64,000 bases of DNA. It comes from Candidatus Latescibacterota bacterium. GTDB lineage: Bacteria; Latescibacterota; UBA2968. The translations under genes were made by a program, and so were the position numbers. The stretch covers positions 5,856,001 through 5,920,000 of the forward strand of contig OZ242311.1 in NCBI GenBank assembly GCA_965207885.1, read 5' to 3'. The notes under the pieces were generated by a model. That model worked only from the letters and a program-made list of their open reading frames with translations, did no database searches and had not been told where the DNA came from. This document shows positions 27,322 through 37,699 of the stretch, in pieces; position 1 is the first letter of the stretch; each line of letters starts with the position of its first letter.

Positions 27322-28818
27322 ATGCGACCGAATTTTTTGATTTTTTGTGTGGATCAGATGCAGGCGTATTGTATGGGTTGCAATGGGCATCCGGATGTAC
27401 AGACGCCCAATCTGGATCGTCTGGCACAGGATGGCGTTTTATTTCGCCGCAATTATTGCTCGCATCCGGTGTGCCAGCCGTCGCGGGCTTCTTTGATTAC
27501 CGGATTGACGCCTTCGCAACACGGGTTGATACAAAATGGTATGAGTTTGTCTGAAGATATGCCGACTGTGACGGGGGCGTTGTCCGAAGCGGGGTACCGC
27601 ACGCATGCGGCGGGTAAGTTGCATTTACAGCCTTTTTCGGGCGGTGATTCTTGGGAGAACCGACATCGGTGGTATAGCGGTGAGGTGACCCATTTGCCCG
27701 AGGGGTATTACGGTTTTGGAGAGACAGATTATGTGGGTGGACATGTGAATTACGTTTGTGGCGATTATCGAAATTGGTTGGAAGAAGAATATCCCGATGT
27801 CGCGCAAAAGGATCATCCGGAAGACGGTCCTTCAACATGTGTTCCCTATGCTCAGTTTTCGGCGTATCAGAATTTTGGCTATCAGACCTGGAAGATTGAT
27901 CAAATTCCGGCTGAGTTGCATTACAATCACTGGATTACAGATCGCACGATGGCTTTTATAGATGGTTTGGGCGCGGGTGAAAATTTTTTTGCGTGGTGTT
28001 CTTTTCCGGATCCGCACCATCCGTTTGTGGCTTGCAGGCCTTATAGTGAGATGTATGACCCCGGGTCTTTAACGCTGCCGGAGACGTTTGTTGTTGACGA
28101 AGACCCAGCTTCTGATAGTTTGCTGCGGAGAGTGGGTCCCGCATGGTTTAATGGCGATGAGGAGGATTTGCGGCAGGTGATGGCGCAGACTTATGGTATG
28201 ATTTCGCATATTGATGATAATGTGGGTCGCGCGATTGATTTTTTGCAGGCGAATGGTTTGTACGATAATACGGTTGTTGCTTTTATCGCAGATCACGGCG
28301 AGTACCTGGGGTCACACCATTTGTGGCATAAGACGCCCTATCAGTGGGAGGAGTTGTTGCGCGTGCCGTATATTTGGCGCGTGCCCGGGGGGCGGACGGG
28401 TGTTTGCGATGATGTGGTGAGTAATCTGGATTTTGTGCCTACGGTGCTGGATTATGCGGGGATAGATCAAAGTGCTATGCGGTTTCGGCGCGAGGATTGG
28501 GCTGTTGAGGGTTTTGAGTTGCCCGGGCGTTCGTTGGGCGCTTTTATAAATGATGGTGCGGATATGTCCGATCGCGCGGCTTTGGTGGAGATGGGGTCCA
28601 TGCGGACGCTGATCACAGAGCGCTATAAAATTGTGGTGGATGCTTCGGGTATTGGACATAATGTGCTGGTGGATCTGGAGAGTGATCCACGCGAGAAAGT
28701 AAATTTGTGGGATCATTCAGAGGCGCGGGATGTGAAGGCGGGTCTTTTGACGCGCTTGATGCGGGAGAGTATTCGCTGTACGCGTATGGATAATCCCAAA
28801 ATTACACCTGGTGCATGA
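27322..28818 (+). CDS. Cys-type (formylglycine) sulfatase
   Basis: RPNFL, CQPSRASLITG, GKLH, DPHHP, DHG. Confidence 0.92.
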   Translation: MRPNFLIFCVDQMQAYCMGCNGHPDVQTPNLDRLAQDGVLFRRNYCSHPVCQPSRASLITGLTPSQHGLIQNGMSLSEDMPTVTGALSEAGYRTHAAGKLHLQPFSGGDSWENRHRWYSGEVTHLPEGYYGFGETDYVGGHVNYVCGDYRNWLEEEYPDVAQKDHPEDGPSTCVPYAQFSAYQNFGYQTWKIDQIPAELHYNHWITDRTMAFIDGLGAGENFFAWCSFPDPHHPFVACRPYSEMYDPGSLTLPETFVVDEDPASDSLLRRVGPAWFNGDEEDLRQVMAQTYGMISHIDDNVGRAIDFLQANGLYDNTVVAFIADHGEYLGSHHLWHKTPYQWEELLRVPYIWRVPGGRTGVCDDVVSNLDFVPTVLDYAGIDQSAMRFRREDWAVEGFELPGRSLGAFINDGADMSDRAALVEMGSMRTLITERYKIVVDASGIGHNVLVDLESDPREKVNLWDHSEARDVKAGLLTRLMRESIRCTRMDNPKITPGA

Positions 28819-28849
28819 TGTCGGGTGTTTTTCAAATAGAGGAGATGTT

Positions 28850-30256
28850 ATGGATAGCAAACCAAATGTTATTGTCTTTTTTACGGATCAACAGCGCTGG
28901 GATTGTATGGCAGCGCATGGCAATCCCCTCGGTATTACACCCAATCTGGATCGCGCGGCGCAGCACGGGACACATGTGTACAATAGTTTTACATGCCAGC
29001 CCGTGTGCGGTCCGGCGCGTGCGTGTTTGCAGACGGGGATGTACGCGAGTGAGACGGGTGTGTATCGCAATGGGGTTGCGCTGAATCCGGATCACAAGAC
29101 GCTTGCGCATTGTTTTAATGATGCGGGTTATCACACGGGATATATTGGGAAGTGGCATCTGGCGACGAGTGGACGCGGTTCTGTGCCCGTAAAAGCGCGC
29201 GGTGGGTACCAGTACTGGCTCGCGGCAAATGCGCTGGAGGGGACATCTGATACGTATGATTGCGTTGTTTACGATCATGACAATCAGGAGGTGAAGTTGC
29301 CCGGTTATCGGGTGGATGCGCTGACCGATGCGGCGATTCGGTATGTGGATGAACATCAGAGCGATCCCTTTTATCTGTTTATTTCGTTTTTGGAACCCCA
29401 TCACCAGAATCATCTGGACGATTATCCGCCGCCGGATGGGTATCGCGAGATGTATGCCGGGTACTGGACACCGCCCGATCTGGCGGGATTGCCCACGCAT
29501 CCTTTAGCCGAGGGCGAGTATCCCGGCGCGGTTCCTGCAGGGGGGAGTACACAGCAGCATTTGGGCGGGTACTGGGGGATGATTAAGCGTTTGGATGAGG
29601 CTTATGGGCGGTTGCTTGATTCACTGAAGAGTCTGGGGCTTTTAGAGGATACGATTGTGCTGTTCACTTCTGATCACGCCTGCCATTTCCGCACCCGCAA
29701 TAAGGAATACAAGCGTTCGTGTCACGAGAGTTCTATCCGCGTTCCAACGGTGTTGACGGGTGGTCCGTTTACGGGAGGGGGTACGTTGGGCGAGTTGGTG
29801 AGTCTGGTGGATTTGCCGCCTTCGCTGTTGGATGGCGCCGGGTTGGAGATTCCCGATCAGATGTCGGGGCGTTCCATGCTTCCCATTTTGGGGGGTGGTG
29901 GTCGCTCGCTCGCAGATCCATGGCCGGATGATGTGTTTGTGCAGATTTCAGAGAGTGGTATTGGTCGCGCTGTTCGCACAAAGCGATGGAAGTACGCGGT
30001 CCAAAGCGATGCGGTGCCGCCCGGTGCAGAGGGTGCGAGGAGTTATGAGGAGGCGTATCTCTACGATCTGGAGGCAGATCCGTACGAGTTGCGCAATTTG
30101 ATTGGCTATGAAAGCCACCGTCCGGTTGCAGACCGAATGAAGGCGCGGTTGCTGGGCTATATTCGAGATGTTGAAGGGTATGTTCCCGAGATTGTCGATG
30201 CAGAAGAACGGCAAGGTGGTCAACGGCGGGTGTCCGATGCCGAGGTTGAGAGTTAA
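28850..30256 (+). CDS. Cys-type (formylglycine) sulfatase
   Basis: KPNV, CGPARACLQTG, GKWHL, SDH, LYDLEADPYE. Confidence 0.92.
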   Translation: MDSKPNVIVFFTDQQRWDCMAAHGNPLGITPNLDRAAQHGTHVYNSFTCQPVCGPARACLQTGMYASETGVYRNGVALNPDHKTLAHCFNDAGYHTGYIGKWHLATSGRGSVPVKARGGYQYWLAANALEGTSDTYDCVVYDHDNQEVKLPGYRVDALTDAAIRYVDEHQSDPFYLFISFLEPHHQNHLDDYPPPDGYREMYAGYWTPPDLAGLPTHPLAEGEYPGAVPAGGSTQQHLGGYWGMIKRLDEAYGRLLDSLKSLGLLEDTIVLFTSDHACHFRTRNKEYKRSCHESSIRVPTVLTGGPFTGGGTLGELVSLVDLPPSLLDGAGLEIPDQMSGRSMLPILGGGGRSLADPWPDDVFVQISESGIGRAVRTKRWKYAVQSDAVPPGAEGARSYEEAYLYDLEADPYELRNLIGYESHRPVADRMKARLLGYIRDVEGYVPEIVDAEERQGGQRRVSDAEVES

Positions 30257-30332
30257 AAATTAAGGAACGGTTACAACTGCTTGGCAGTTTATTGGGATGT
30301 GAGGAGCAGTCAGGAACATGCGTTGTAGAGCC

Positions 30333-30364
30333 GTCATTGCGGCAGGGTTTTAGCCGCAATCCAG
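30333..30364 (+). repeat. REP-like palindrome, family GTCATCGCGG...CCGCGATCCAG
   Basis: Related copies at 33956-34014, 39168-39199 and 62443-62474. Confidence 0.8.
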
Positions 30365-30410
30365 TGGGTGGCTGGGCGGGGACTGATAGCTATACAGGAG
30401 GCGATGAGAG

Positions 30411-31430
30411 ATGTATATTCAAGATCAGGTTCATTACGATAATTTGGACGATGATATTTTGAGTTTTTACAGGGCGATTAGTGTGGATTCGATTCATCTC
30501 GAGTTGCGGGGTGGACGACCGCCTGCAAAATCAGCGAAGCGCAGTAGTACGGGTGTGGCGAATACGACGCTGGCACAACGGCTTCGCGCGGGGGAGGATT
30601 GTACAGAGGCGTTTGAGAAGGCGCGGGAGTTGGTGGAATCCCATGGTATGAGGTTGAATAATATTTTTATGCCGTGCTGGGAGGAGATTGCGCTGGCTAT
30701 GGAAGATCGGGATGAGAAGATCGGATTCTGGTGTCAGATGCTGGAGTCGCTGGGGAGGGCGGGAATTCCGTGTTTGGGCTGGAATTTCAAGCCGATGGGG
30801 AATTTTCGGACGCCTTCGGATACGGGTCGCGGCGGGGTGAGATATAGCACGTTTGATTATGCGTATTTTAGTGAGAATCAGCCAGAGCAATACGATCCGC
30901 CTGTTTCAGAAGAGACGATGTGGGCAAATATGGAGGCGTTTTTGCAGGTGGTGATTCCCGTTGCAGAGAAGGCGGGGGTGCGTATGGCGCTGCATCCGGA
31001 CGATCCGCCGATTCCAGAGCCTCTGGGCGGTATTGCACAGATTTGTTCGTCGCTGGATCAGTTCAGGCGCACGCTTTTTGAGATTGCGCCGGGTGAGCAC
31101 AACGGGATGTTATTTTGCCAGGGGTGTATGACGGAGTTGCTGGGTGAGGGTGTTTATGATGCAATTGCCGAGATGGCTTCGAATAATAAGATTGTGTGGG
31201 TGCATTTCCGCAATGTGAAGGGTCAGTTGCCGCGGTTTGTCGAAGTTTTTATGGATGAAGGCGATATTGATATGAAGCGCGCGATGGAGGTTTATCGCGA
31301 TAATGGGTTCAATGGTCCGTATATGATGGATCACACGCCGGGTTTTGCACATTCTGCGTACACGCGATTGCACGGGAAGGCGTATGCGATTGGGTATATC
31401 CGCGCGTTGATTGACGATGTTTATGGGTGA
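30411..31430 (+). CDS. uxuA: Mannonate dehydratase (UxuA family)
   Basis: MALHPDDPP, FCQG, VHFRNV, EVFMDEGD, DHTP, AIGYI. Confidence 0.75.
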   Translation: MYIQDQVHYDNLDDDILSFYRAISVDSIHLELRGGRPPAKSAKRSSTGVANTTLAQRLRAGEDCTEAFEKARELVESHGMRLNNIFMPCWEEIALAMEDRDEKIGFWCQMLESLGRAGIPCLGWNFKPMGNFRTPSDTGRGGVRYSTFDYAYFSENQPEQYDPPVSEETMWANMEAFLQVVIPVAEKAGVRMALHPDDPPIPEPLGGIAQICSSLDQFRRTLFEIAPGEHNGMLFCQGCMTELLGEGVYDAIAEMASNNKIVWVHFRNVKGQLPRFVEVFMDEGDIDMKRAMEVYRDNGFNGPYMMDHTPGFAHSAYTRLHGKAYAIGYIRALIDDVYG

Positions 31431-31481
31431 CGCAAATTTTGGAATTGACGATGTGAGTTGGCATAATTATTCTGTGCGTGC

Positions 31482-31594
31482 GAATCAGCGAATCAACGAA
31501 TCAACGAATCAACGACGGAGTTTGTAACGACTTTGGGTGGTTGGGCAGGGTTCGTCTATTCGTCTATTCGTCTATTCGTCTATTCGTCTATTCG
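31482..31594. repeat. Two 8-mer tandem microsatellite tracts
   Basis: (cgaatcaa)x~4 at 31482-31513 and (ttcgtcta)x5 at 31551-31594. Confidence 0.85.
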
Positions 31595-31616
31595 CGCTTT
31601 TTTCGGAGAAGGGAAG

Positions 31617-33893
31617 ATGTTTGGATTTTTGAAGCGGTATATGCACTGGTTGCACACGCGGTGGCCCTCGGGCACGGTGGAGAAGTTGCCAGAGATGAAT
31701 GAGGATGGGTCAACGGCGGTGCCGGGGCTTTATATTGTGGGGGATTTGACGGGGATTCCGCTGTTGAAGTTTTCGTCGGATACGGGGGCGCGGGCAGTGC
31801 AGACGATTGTGGGTGATTCGGGTTTTGAGCGTCGGACGCATAGGGATGGGGTGCGCGATCTGGTGATTATTGGTGGTGGGGTTTCTGGTATGGCAGCGGG
31901 TATTGAGGCGCGAAATCGGGGATTGGATTTTGTGCTGCTGGAGGCGTCAGAACGGTTTTCTACGGTGGTGAATTTTCCAAAGGCAAAGCCGATTTACACG
32001 TATCCGACGGATATGGTTCCGGCAGGTGATTTGCAGTTTTCGGATCGGGCAGATGTGAAGGAGCGGTTGTTGGATGAGTTGGAGGAGCGGACCGCGGATA
32101 TTGAGCCGGTGTTTGCGCGGGCGGAGTGCGTGCAGCGGGAAGGGGATGTGTTGCGGGTGGTGATTCCCGAGGGTGAGGATTTGCTGGCGCACCGGGTGAT
32201 TGTGGCGATTGGTCGATCGGGCAATTTTAGAAAGTTAAATGTGCCGGGCGAGGATCTGGATAAGGTGATGAACCGGTTGCACGATCCAAAGGATTATGCG
32301 GATCAGGATGTGCTGGTGGTCGGTGGGGGTGATAGTGCGCTGGAGACGGCGATTGCGATTGCCGAGTCCGGTGGGCGGGTGACGCTGTCGTATCGGCGCG
32401 CAGAATTGAGTCGCCCCAAGCCCGAGAATGTGGAGAAGATTGAGGTGCTTTCGGGCGGGGAACACTTGCGAATGGCGCTGGCGAGTGAGGTGAAGGCGAT
32501 TGGTGAGCAGGAGGTGGTGCTTTCGACGGGTGAGGGTGATGAGGCGATGCCCAATGATGCGGTGTTTGCGATGATTGGGCGCGAGGCGCCGCTGGATTTT
32601 TTTAGGCGGTCAGGTGTGCCGATTAGAGGGGAATGGCGCGTGGGCACTTGGGTGTCTTTTGCGCTGGTTATGCTGGCGTGTGTGTTTGTGTATCACTGGA
32701 AGACGGGTGCGGGGATTCCGATTTACGAGTGGTTTAAGGGGGCAGAGCTGTTTCCGTTTAATTTGATGCCTGCAGAGGATAAGTCGGGTCTTTTCGGGAC
32801 GGTGTGGACGTCGATGACGCAGCCGGGTTTTTATTATTCGCTGGCTTATTGTGCGTGTGTGGTGGGGTTTGGGATTCTCAGGATTAATCGACGGCAGACG
32901 CCTTATGTGACGGTGCAGACGGTGACGCTGATGGTTATTCAGTGTGTGCCCCTGTTTTTGTTGCCGTACATTTTTTTGCCGTGGCTGGGTCACAATGGTT
33001 GGTTTTCCGATGGGGCTTTTTTAAAGCCTGTGGCGGATGCGTTGTTCCCGGCGACGGAGTGGGATGCACACGGACGGGAGTACTGGCGGAGTTTGGGCTT
33101 TATTCTGGCGTGGCCGCTGTTTTTCTGGAATGTGTTTACGAGCCAGCCGCTGGGGTGGTGGTTGGGTATTAGTCTGGTGCAGACTTTTGTGGTGATTCCT
33201 CTGATTATCTGGCGCTGGGGCAAGGGGGCTTATTGCGGGTGGATTTGTTCGTGCGGGGCACTGGCAGAGACGATGGGGGATATGCACCGGCAGAAGATGC
33301 CGCACGGTCCTGTTTGGAATCGGATGAATATGGTGGGGCAGGTGATTCTGGTTCTGGCTTTTGTGCTTCTGGCGTTGCGTATTGCGGGCTGGTTGTTGCC
33401 TTATGACCACTGGGTGAATGCGGGGTATATGGGACTGTTTATGGGGAAGGATGTGAATTGGGGCGGTCTGGTGTTTCCGCTGACGTTTTTGAATTATCAG
33501 TGGTTTGTGGATTTGTTTTTGGCGGGTATTATTGGGGTGGGTTTTTACTGGCATTTTAGCGGGCGGATGTGGTGCCGGTTTGCGTGTCCCCTCGCTGCGT
33601 TGATGCATGTTTATGCGCGGTTTTCGCGGTTTCGGATTTTTGCGGATAAGAAGAAGTGTATTTCGTGTAGTGTGTGTACGTCGGTGTGTCATCAGGGTAT
33701 TGATGTGATGAATTTTGCGAATAAGGGTTTGCCTATGGAGGATCCGGAGTGCGTGCGGTGTTCGGCCTGTGTGCAGAGTTGTCCGACGGGTGTGTTGTCG
33801 TTTGGGCAGATCGATCCTGTGACTGGACAGGTCGCCAGGGTCGATGGGTTGGCAGCGTCGCGGGTGGTGATGGCAGAGGAGGGTGAAGTGTGA
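31617..33893 (+). CDS. Thioredoxin-reductase-like flavoprotein fused to a membrane polyferredoxin (NapH-like) domain
   Basis: IIGGGVSG, VVGGGDSA, TM helices, CGWICSCG, CRFACP, CISCSVCTSVC, CVRCSACVQSCP. Confidence 0.8.
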   Translation: MFGFLKRYMHWLHTRWPSGTVEKLPEMNEDGSTAVPGLYIVGDLTGIPLLKFSSDTGARAVQTIVGDSGFERRTHRDGVRDLVIIGGGVSGMAAGIEARNRGLDFVLLEASERFSTVVNFPKAKPIYTYPTDMVPAGDLQFSDRADVKERLLDELEERTADIEPVFARAECVQREGDVLRVVIPEGEDLLAHRVIVAIGRSGNFRKLNVPGEDLDKVMNRLHDPKDYADQDVLVVGGGDSALETAIAIAESGGRVTLSYRRAELSRPKPENVEKIEVLSGGEHLRMALASEVKAIGEQEVVLSTGEGDEAMPNDAVFAMIGREAPLDFFRRSGVPIRGEWRVGTWVSFALVMLACVFVYHWKTGAGIPIYEWFKGAELFPFNLMPAEDKSGLFGTVWTSMTQPGFYYSLAYCACVVGFGILRINRRQTPYVTVQTVTLMVIQCVPLFLLPYIFLPWLGHNGWFSDGAFLKPVADALFPATEWDAHGREYWRSLGFILAWPLFFWNVFTSQPLGWWLGISLVQTFVVIPLIIWRWGKGAYCGWICSCGALAETMGDMHRQKMPHGPVWNRMNMVGQVILVLAFVLLALRIAGWLLPYDHWVNAGYMGLFMGKDVNWGGLVFPLTFLNYQWFVDLFLAGIIGVGFYWHFSGRMWCRFACPLAALMHVYARFSRFRIFADKKKCISCSVCTSVCHQGIDVMNFANKGLPMEDPECVRCSACVQSCPTGVLSFGQIDPVTGQVARVDGLAASRVVMAEEGEV

Positions 33894-33898
33894 AGTGC

Positions 33899-34014
33899 GT
33901 AGGGGCGAGTTCCCGTATAAAGGCACTACGGGACAGGCCCTGTGCCCGCCCGTTTGTCATCGCGGCATGGTCCCTGCTTAAACCATGCAGGGACATGCGT
34001 TAGCCGCGATCCAG
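33899..34014 (+). repeat. Cluster of two REP-like palindromes, each with a nested hairpin
   Basis: gtaggggc..[tcccgta..tacggga]..gcccgccc and gtcatcgcggc..[gtccctgc..gcagggac]..gccgcgatccag. Confidence 0.7.
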
Positions 34015-34089
34015 AATGTTTTGGTTAATATAGAGCCGGGGGTAATTTTCACAGGACTCTGCTGAGTCTAAAGTTAGAGGAGGGTAGTA

Positions 34090-34755
34090 ATGTTGAGAGT
34101 CATACGTTTGTTGTGTTTGGGGCTGGTGTCATCGCTTGTGATGGCGGATACGGGTTTTGCCGAGAAGTACCAGATTGATCGGTCGCATTCGTCGGTCGGG
34201 TTTTCGATTCGGCACTTTGTGAGCCGCACGGCGGGCAGGTTTAATCAGTTTAGTGGCACGATTGATTACGATCCTGCCGCGCCCGAAAAGACGATGATTG
34301 AAACGACGATCCAGGCGCGGAGTGTCGATACGGGGAATCAGCGTCGCGATGATCATTTGCGCGGACCAGATTTCTTTGAGGTGGAGACTTTTCCGACGAT
34401 TACGTTTAAGAGTACGTCGGCTGTGAAGGAAGGGGAAAAAATTCTGGTGACGGGAGATTTGACGATGCACGGCGTGATGAAGAGTATTACGATGCCGGTG
34501 ACGGTGCTCGGTATTGGTACGCATCCGCAGCGCGGCACACCTCTGGCTGGTTTTGAGACCGAGTTAACGCTGCTGTGTTCGGATTTTGGCGTGAATAGCT
34601 GGGCGAATTTTGCCAATGTGCTGGGGGATGAGGTGCGGGTGAATATTACGATTGAAGCGGGTCCGCCAAGACAGGCTCGAGGCCAGCAGGGCCGTCGCGG
34701 TGGCGGGCGCGGTGGTCAGGGTGGCCGTGGTGGTCGCGGCGGTGGCGGGAATTGA
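34090..34755 (+). CDS. YceI-family protein with Gly/Arg-rich tail
   Basis: IDRSHSSVGFSIRH, SVDTGNQRRDDHLR..DFF. Confidence 0.9.
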   Translation: MLRVIRLLCLGLVSSLVMADTGFAEKYQIDRSHSSVGFSIRHFVSRTAGRFNQFSGTIDYDPAAPEKTMIETTIQARSVDTGNQRRDDHLRGPDFFEVETFPTITFKSTSAVKEGEKILVTGDLTMHGVMKSITMPVTVLGIGTHPQRGTPLAGFETELTLLCSDFGVNSWANFANVLGDEVRVNITIEAGPPRQARGQQGRRGGGRGGQGGRGGRGGGGN

Positions 34756-34774
34756 GTTGCGTAGATCAGAGATT

Positions 34775-34810
34775 AAAAAAATCCCATCCTGCATTCAGGG
34801 TGGGATTTTT
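34775..34810. terminator. Bidirectional intrinsic terminator
   Basis: aaaaatcccatcctg-catt-cagggtgggattttt between convergent genes. Confidence 0.8.
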
Positions 34811-34831
34811 GTTTATAGTTTTTCTATTGTT

Positions 34832-36055
34832 TCACATCTCAGTAACTACAACTCTTTTTTTCAATGTGTCGAGGTCGATTTTTTGGCTGGCGTAGGCTTC
34901 AATGTCGCGTTTGGCAATGCGAAAGAGGATGCGACTGGGAAGTTTAATCTCGGTTGTTTTGTCTTTGTGTCCAATTTTGAAGTGGCTCTGTCCAGTGAGG
35001 TTGGTGTGAACGATGATGGATTCCTCCGGTGATAAGCCGCGCAGAGTTGCACTGTAGTAGGCGAGAGTTGCCAGGACCTCGGCTTTGAATGCGTCGGTGT
35101 TCCTGGTTTCGAGATGTAACGGATCGACCTTTTGCGAGACGAGAAAGAGTGCGCCTATGCCCTTTTGATAGAGACCCGTGCTTTTGGTGCCACTCAGAAA
35201 GTGGAGATCCGTATCCTTTTTGAGTGTATTGGTCAAAATGTCGGCCATCATGTCGATTGAGTTGCTGCGTACACGCTCTGGTTCGTACTCGCGAAAGGTT
35301 ATTCGATCACGGAAGGCTTTTTCGTCAATTTTCCCCCGGTTGTATGCTTCGATATCGCGTTTGGTGACGGTGGCTTCGAGGAGGATACGGGTAATTTTGA
35401 ATGCCCTGTTTTTGAAGTGTTCAGATTTTTTAAAAGTCTCCATTACGTGTTTTTTGATACGTATTGAGTCGGATTGGATGGACCTGATGAATTCTATGGA
35501 TGGAGATCGAAAGCTGTGGAAGTCGCGTTCTGATGAGTTCAAGAGAATGGTTACGCGATCGTCATCTTTGAGTTGTCCAATGGCATTTGCATAGGTGCCT
35601 AAAAATTCAGTGAGTTGTTTTTTTAAGGATTCATTTTGATCTTTTGAGGCTTCTGGTTTCTTTGCGAACATGGAAAATTTGAAGATGACGTCTTCATTTT
35701 CACTGCTTTTATCGTCTCTACTCTTATATATTCGCCAGGTACCCCTGAAGGAGTTAGTGGGTGTAGCAATGTCACCGCTTTCGTCTTTACGGATTACCTG
35801 CACTTGAAGCCTATTTATTTCACCGTATTTTATTCCGCCGTGGGCAATGAGCAAGACGCCGTGGTTTTCGATATAAAGACCGGTTGTGGAAACATTTTTT
35901 TCGTCAAAAAATTGGTCGAGTATGCTTTCCTGAATAGAGAGGTCGCGTTTCATGCGTTTCCAGTCCATATCCGCAAAGGTCGAAGTGCAAAATGTAAAGA
36001 GAGCTATTCCCGCAAAGAGGACGGTTTGCGCGATTTTTGTCACAATATGTCTCAT
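34832..36055 (-). CDS. Secreted hypothetical protein (ECF operon)
   Basis: Signal peptide; two internally similar halves (TGLY..G.LL...TKRDIEAY...KID). Confidence 0.6.
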   Translation of the reverse strand: MRHIVTKIAQTVLFAGIALFTFCTSTFADMDWKRMKRDLSIQESILDQFFDEKNVSTTGLYIENHGVLLIAHGGIKYGEINRLQVQVIRKDESGDIATPTNSFRGTWRIYKSRDDKSSENEDVIFKFSMFAKKPEASKDQNESLKKQLTEFLGTYANAIGQLKDDDRVTILLNSSERDFHSFRSPSIEFIRSIQSDSIRIKKHVMETFKKSEHFKNRAFKITRILLEATVTKRDIEAYNRGKIDEKAFRDRITFREYEPERVRSNSIDMMADILTNTLKKDTDLHFLSGTKSTGLYQKGIGALFLVSQKVDPLHLETRNTDAFKAEVLATLAYYSATLRGLSPEESIIVHTNLTGQSHFKIGHKDKTTEIKLPSRILFRIAKRDIEAYASQKIDLDTLKKRVVVTEM

Positions 36056-36089
36056 TTTGATTTCTCCTTCCGTCTGGGGGATACCTGCA

Positions 36090-37310
36090 TCAACCATCGG
36101 TATCATTTACGACCAGGAATTCAATCTCCCGCTGTTCTTTCCGAACTTGTAACCCGAGTTGTTCTTTCAGAGCCGCGAGTACGGAATTGGGATCGTCTTC
36201 GTCATAGGTGAGTTCCCAATCGTATTTTCCTTCTATCCCAGTACCATCCTCTACGATACGCTCTAAAACGGATTCCAATGAGTTTGCCAGCATGCCAATT
36301 TCACCGTTCATTGCCTTTATCTTGCCACGCCCACCGCTTGTCATAGATCTCGATGAACCCATTACTGTGGGCTTCAACTTTTCTGCGCTGTCTTCGCCTG
36401 CCGTGAGTACGAAGACTTCAACAGATTTTTTCTGGTTGGAAACGCGCAACTTTAGCGATGTCGTCAATGCTTGTTGGAGTAGCAAATCGAACTGGTCTCT
36501 CGGCAATTTGGCTGAGATTGTGTACCACGAGTCTAAAAGTGTCTTTGGACCCAGAATCCGCGTTTTAGGGATATCGTAAGCCGAGCTTAAAGCCTGGTGC
36601 AATGTAATGCCTTCTGCGTCCAATTTTCTGTATCCTTGTGAACTACCTGTACCGAATGACGGCCACTTTCTCTTTTCTGTAGGTGCAATCGATATTTTGA
36701 AGATGGGATCGGTGCCTTCGTTTTCGACAGTTTTCGGTTTTGGCAATTTGGGAAGCTCTATTTTTTCTCCAGCGATGACCTTTTCGATCATGTCAGATGA
36801 AAGTCCTACCGGGTGAAGCGATGCGGCGATTATGCCCTTTTGGTTAATCAAAAATGTCCGTGGAATTCCCCTGACACCATAAGCTTCAAAGGCTGATCGG
36901 TCCGTGTCCAGTCCAATCCACGATTTCATTTCTTGTCGTTTCAGAAATGGCGCGATTACGTCTTCACCTTCATCTGTTACCGAGATAAACTGTACCTGCT
37001 TGTCGCGAAATTCCTCGCTTAGCTGGTTCAGGTGTGGGATTTCTGCCACGCAGGGGGCGCACCAGGTTGCCCAAAATTCCAGGACGACAACGTTGCCCTT
37101 TAATGCCGATAAGCTCTTTTCACCTTTTGATGCTTGCAGGTATTTTTCAATGCCCAGTTCTGGGGCAGTCTGCCCAATCAGGCTCTGCTCTCCCATTACA
37201 TTCATAACCAACACTTCTTTGGCTTTCTCAACTGAGATCTCCTGCGCTATGACACTTGTAGCAAATATCTGAACAATTATTGCGATTTTTAGTAGATGAG
37301 AGTTATACAT
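36090..37310 (-). CDS. TlpA-like redoxin fused to a TIGR03435-like domain
   Basis: EFWATWCAPC; VEDGTGIEGKYD, ALKEQLGL. Confidence 0.75.
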   Translation of the reverse strand: MYNSHLLKIAIIVQIFATSVIAQEISVEKAKEVLVMNVMGEQSLIGQTAPELGIEKYLQASKGEKSLSALKGNVVVLEFWATWCAPCVAEIPHLNQLSEEFRDKQVQFISVTDEGEDVIAPFLKRQEMKSWIGLDTDRSAFEAYGVRGIPRTFLINQKGIIAASLHPVGLSSDMIEKVIAGEKIELPKLPKPKTVENEGTDPIFKISIAPTEKRKWPSFGTGSSQGYRKLDAEGITLHQALSSAYDIPKTRILGPKTLLDSWYTISAKLPRDQFDLLLQQALTTSLKLRVSNQKKSVEVFVLTAGEDSAEKLKPTVMGSSRSMTSGGRGKIKAMNGEIGMLANSLESVLERIVEDGTGIEGKYDWELTYDEDDPNSVLAALKEQLGLQVRKEQREIEFLVVNDTDG

Positions 37311-37324
37311 TGGGATATCTCCTT

Positions 37325-37699
37325 TTAGTGTTGTACAGGCGTGGGATGGGGCGAGATAAATATAGAATTTATGTTGTCGCCGGGTCTCAGGAGCAGGTCG
37401 CTTGTGGTGTAGATGGCTTTGTCAGCCGGGCGGAGAAGCAGGTCGCGGGTGTTGGATTTGTAGTGTGATTTATAGCGTTCTGAGATAAAAATTCTAACTC
37501 TTCTGCGTATGGAATCGGAGAGTGCCTTGCTTAGGGAATCGAAGGGTGCAGTATGGGGTACTGATATTGTATCAAGTTGTACGGTTTTTGCCCGTGTGTC
37601 CGATGATGGTGTTTTGTCAGATGCGTGAATATTCCAGACGAGGGATAGCAAGATCGGCGCTGTCATAAGTACTGTGAGTTTTCCGATTTCGCGCTTCAT
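37325..37699 (-). CDS. Small secreted hypothetical protein
   Basis: Translationally coupled; duplicated DLLLRP motif. Confidence 0.5.
   Translation of the reverse strand: MKREIGKLTVLMTAPILLSLVWNIHASDKTPSSDTRAKTVQLDTISVPHTAPFDSLSKALSDSIRRRVRIFISERYKSHYKSNTRDLLLRPADKAIYTTSDLLLRPGDNINSIFISPHPTPVQH

Noticed and set aside
31533-31616. N-terminal extension of the 786-aa ORF
   Set aside because: It translates the microsatellite (YSSIRLFV repeats); a purine-rich RBS supports ATG 31617.
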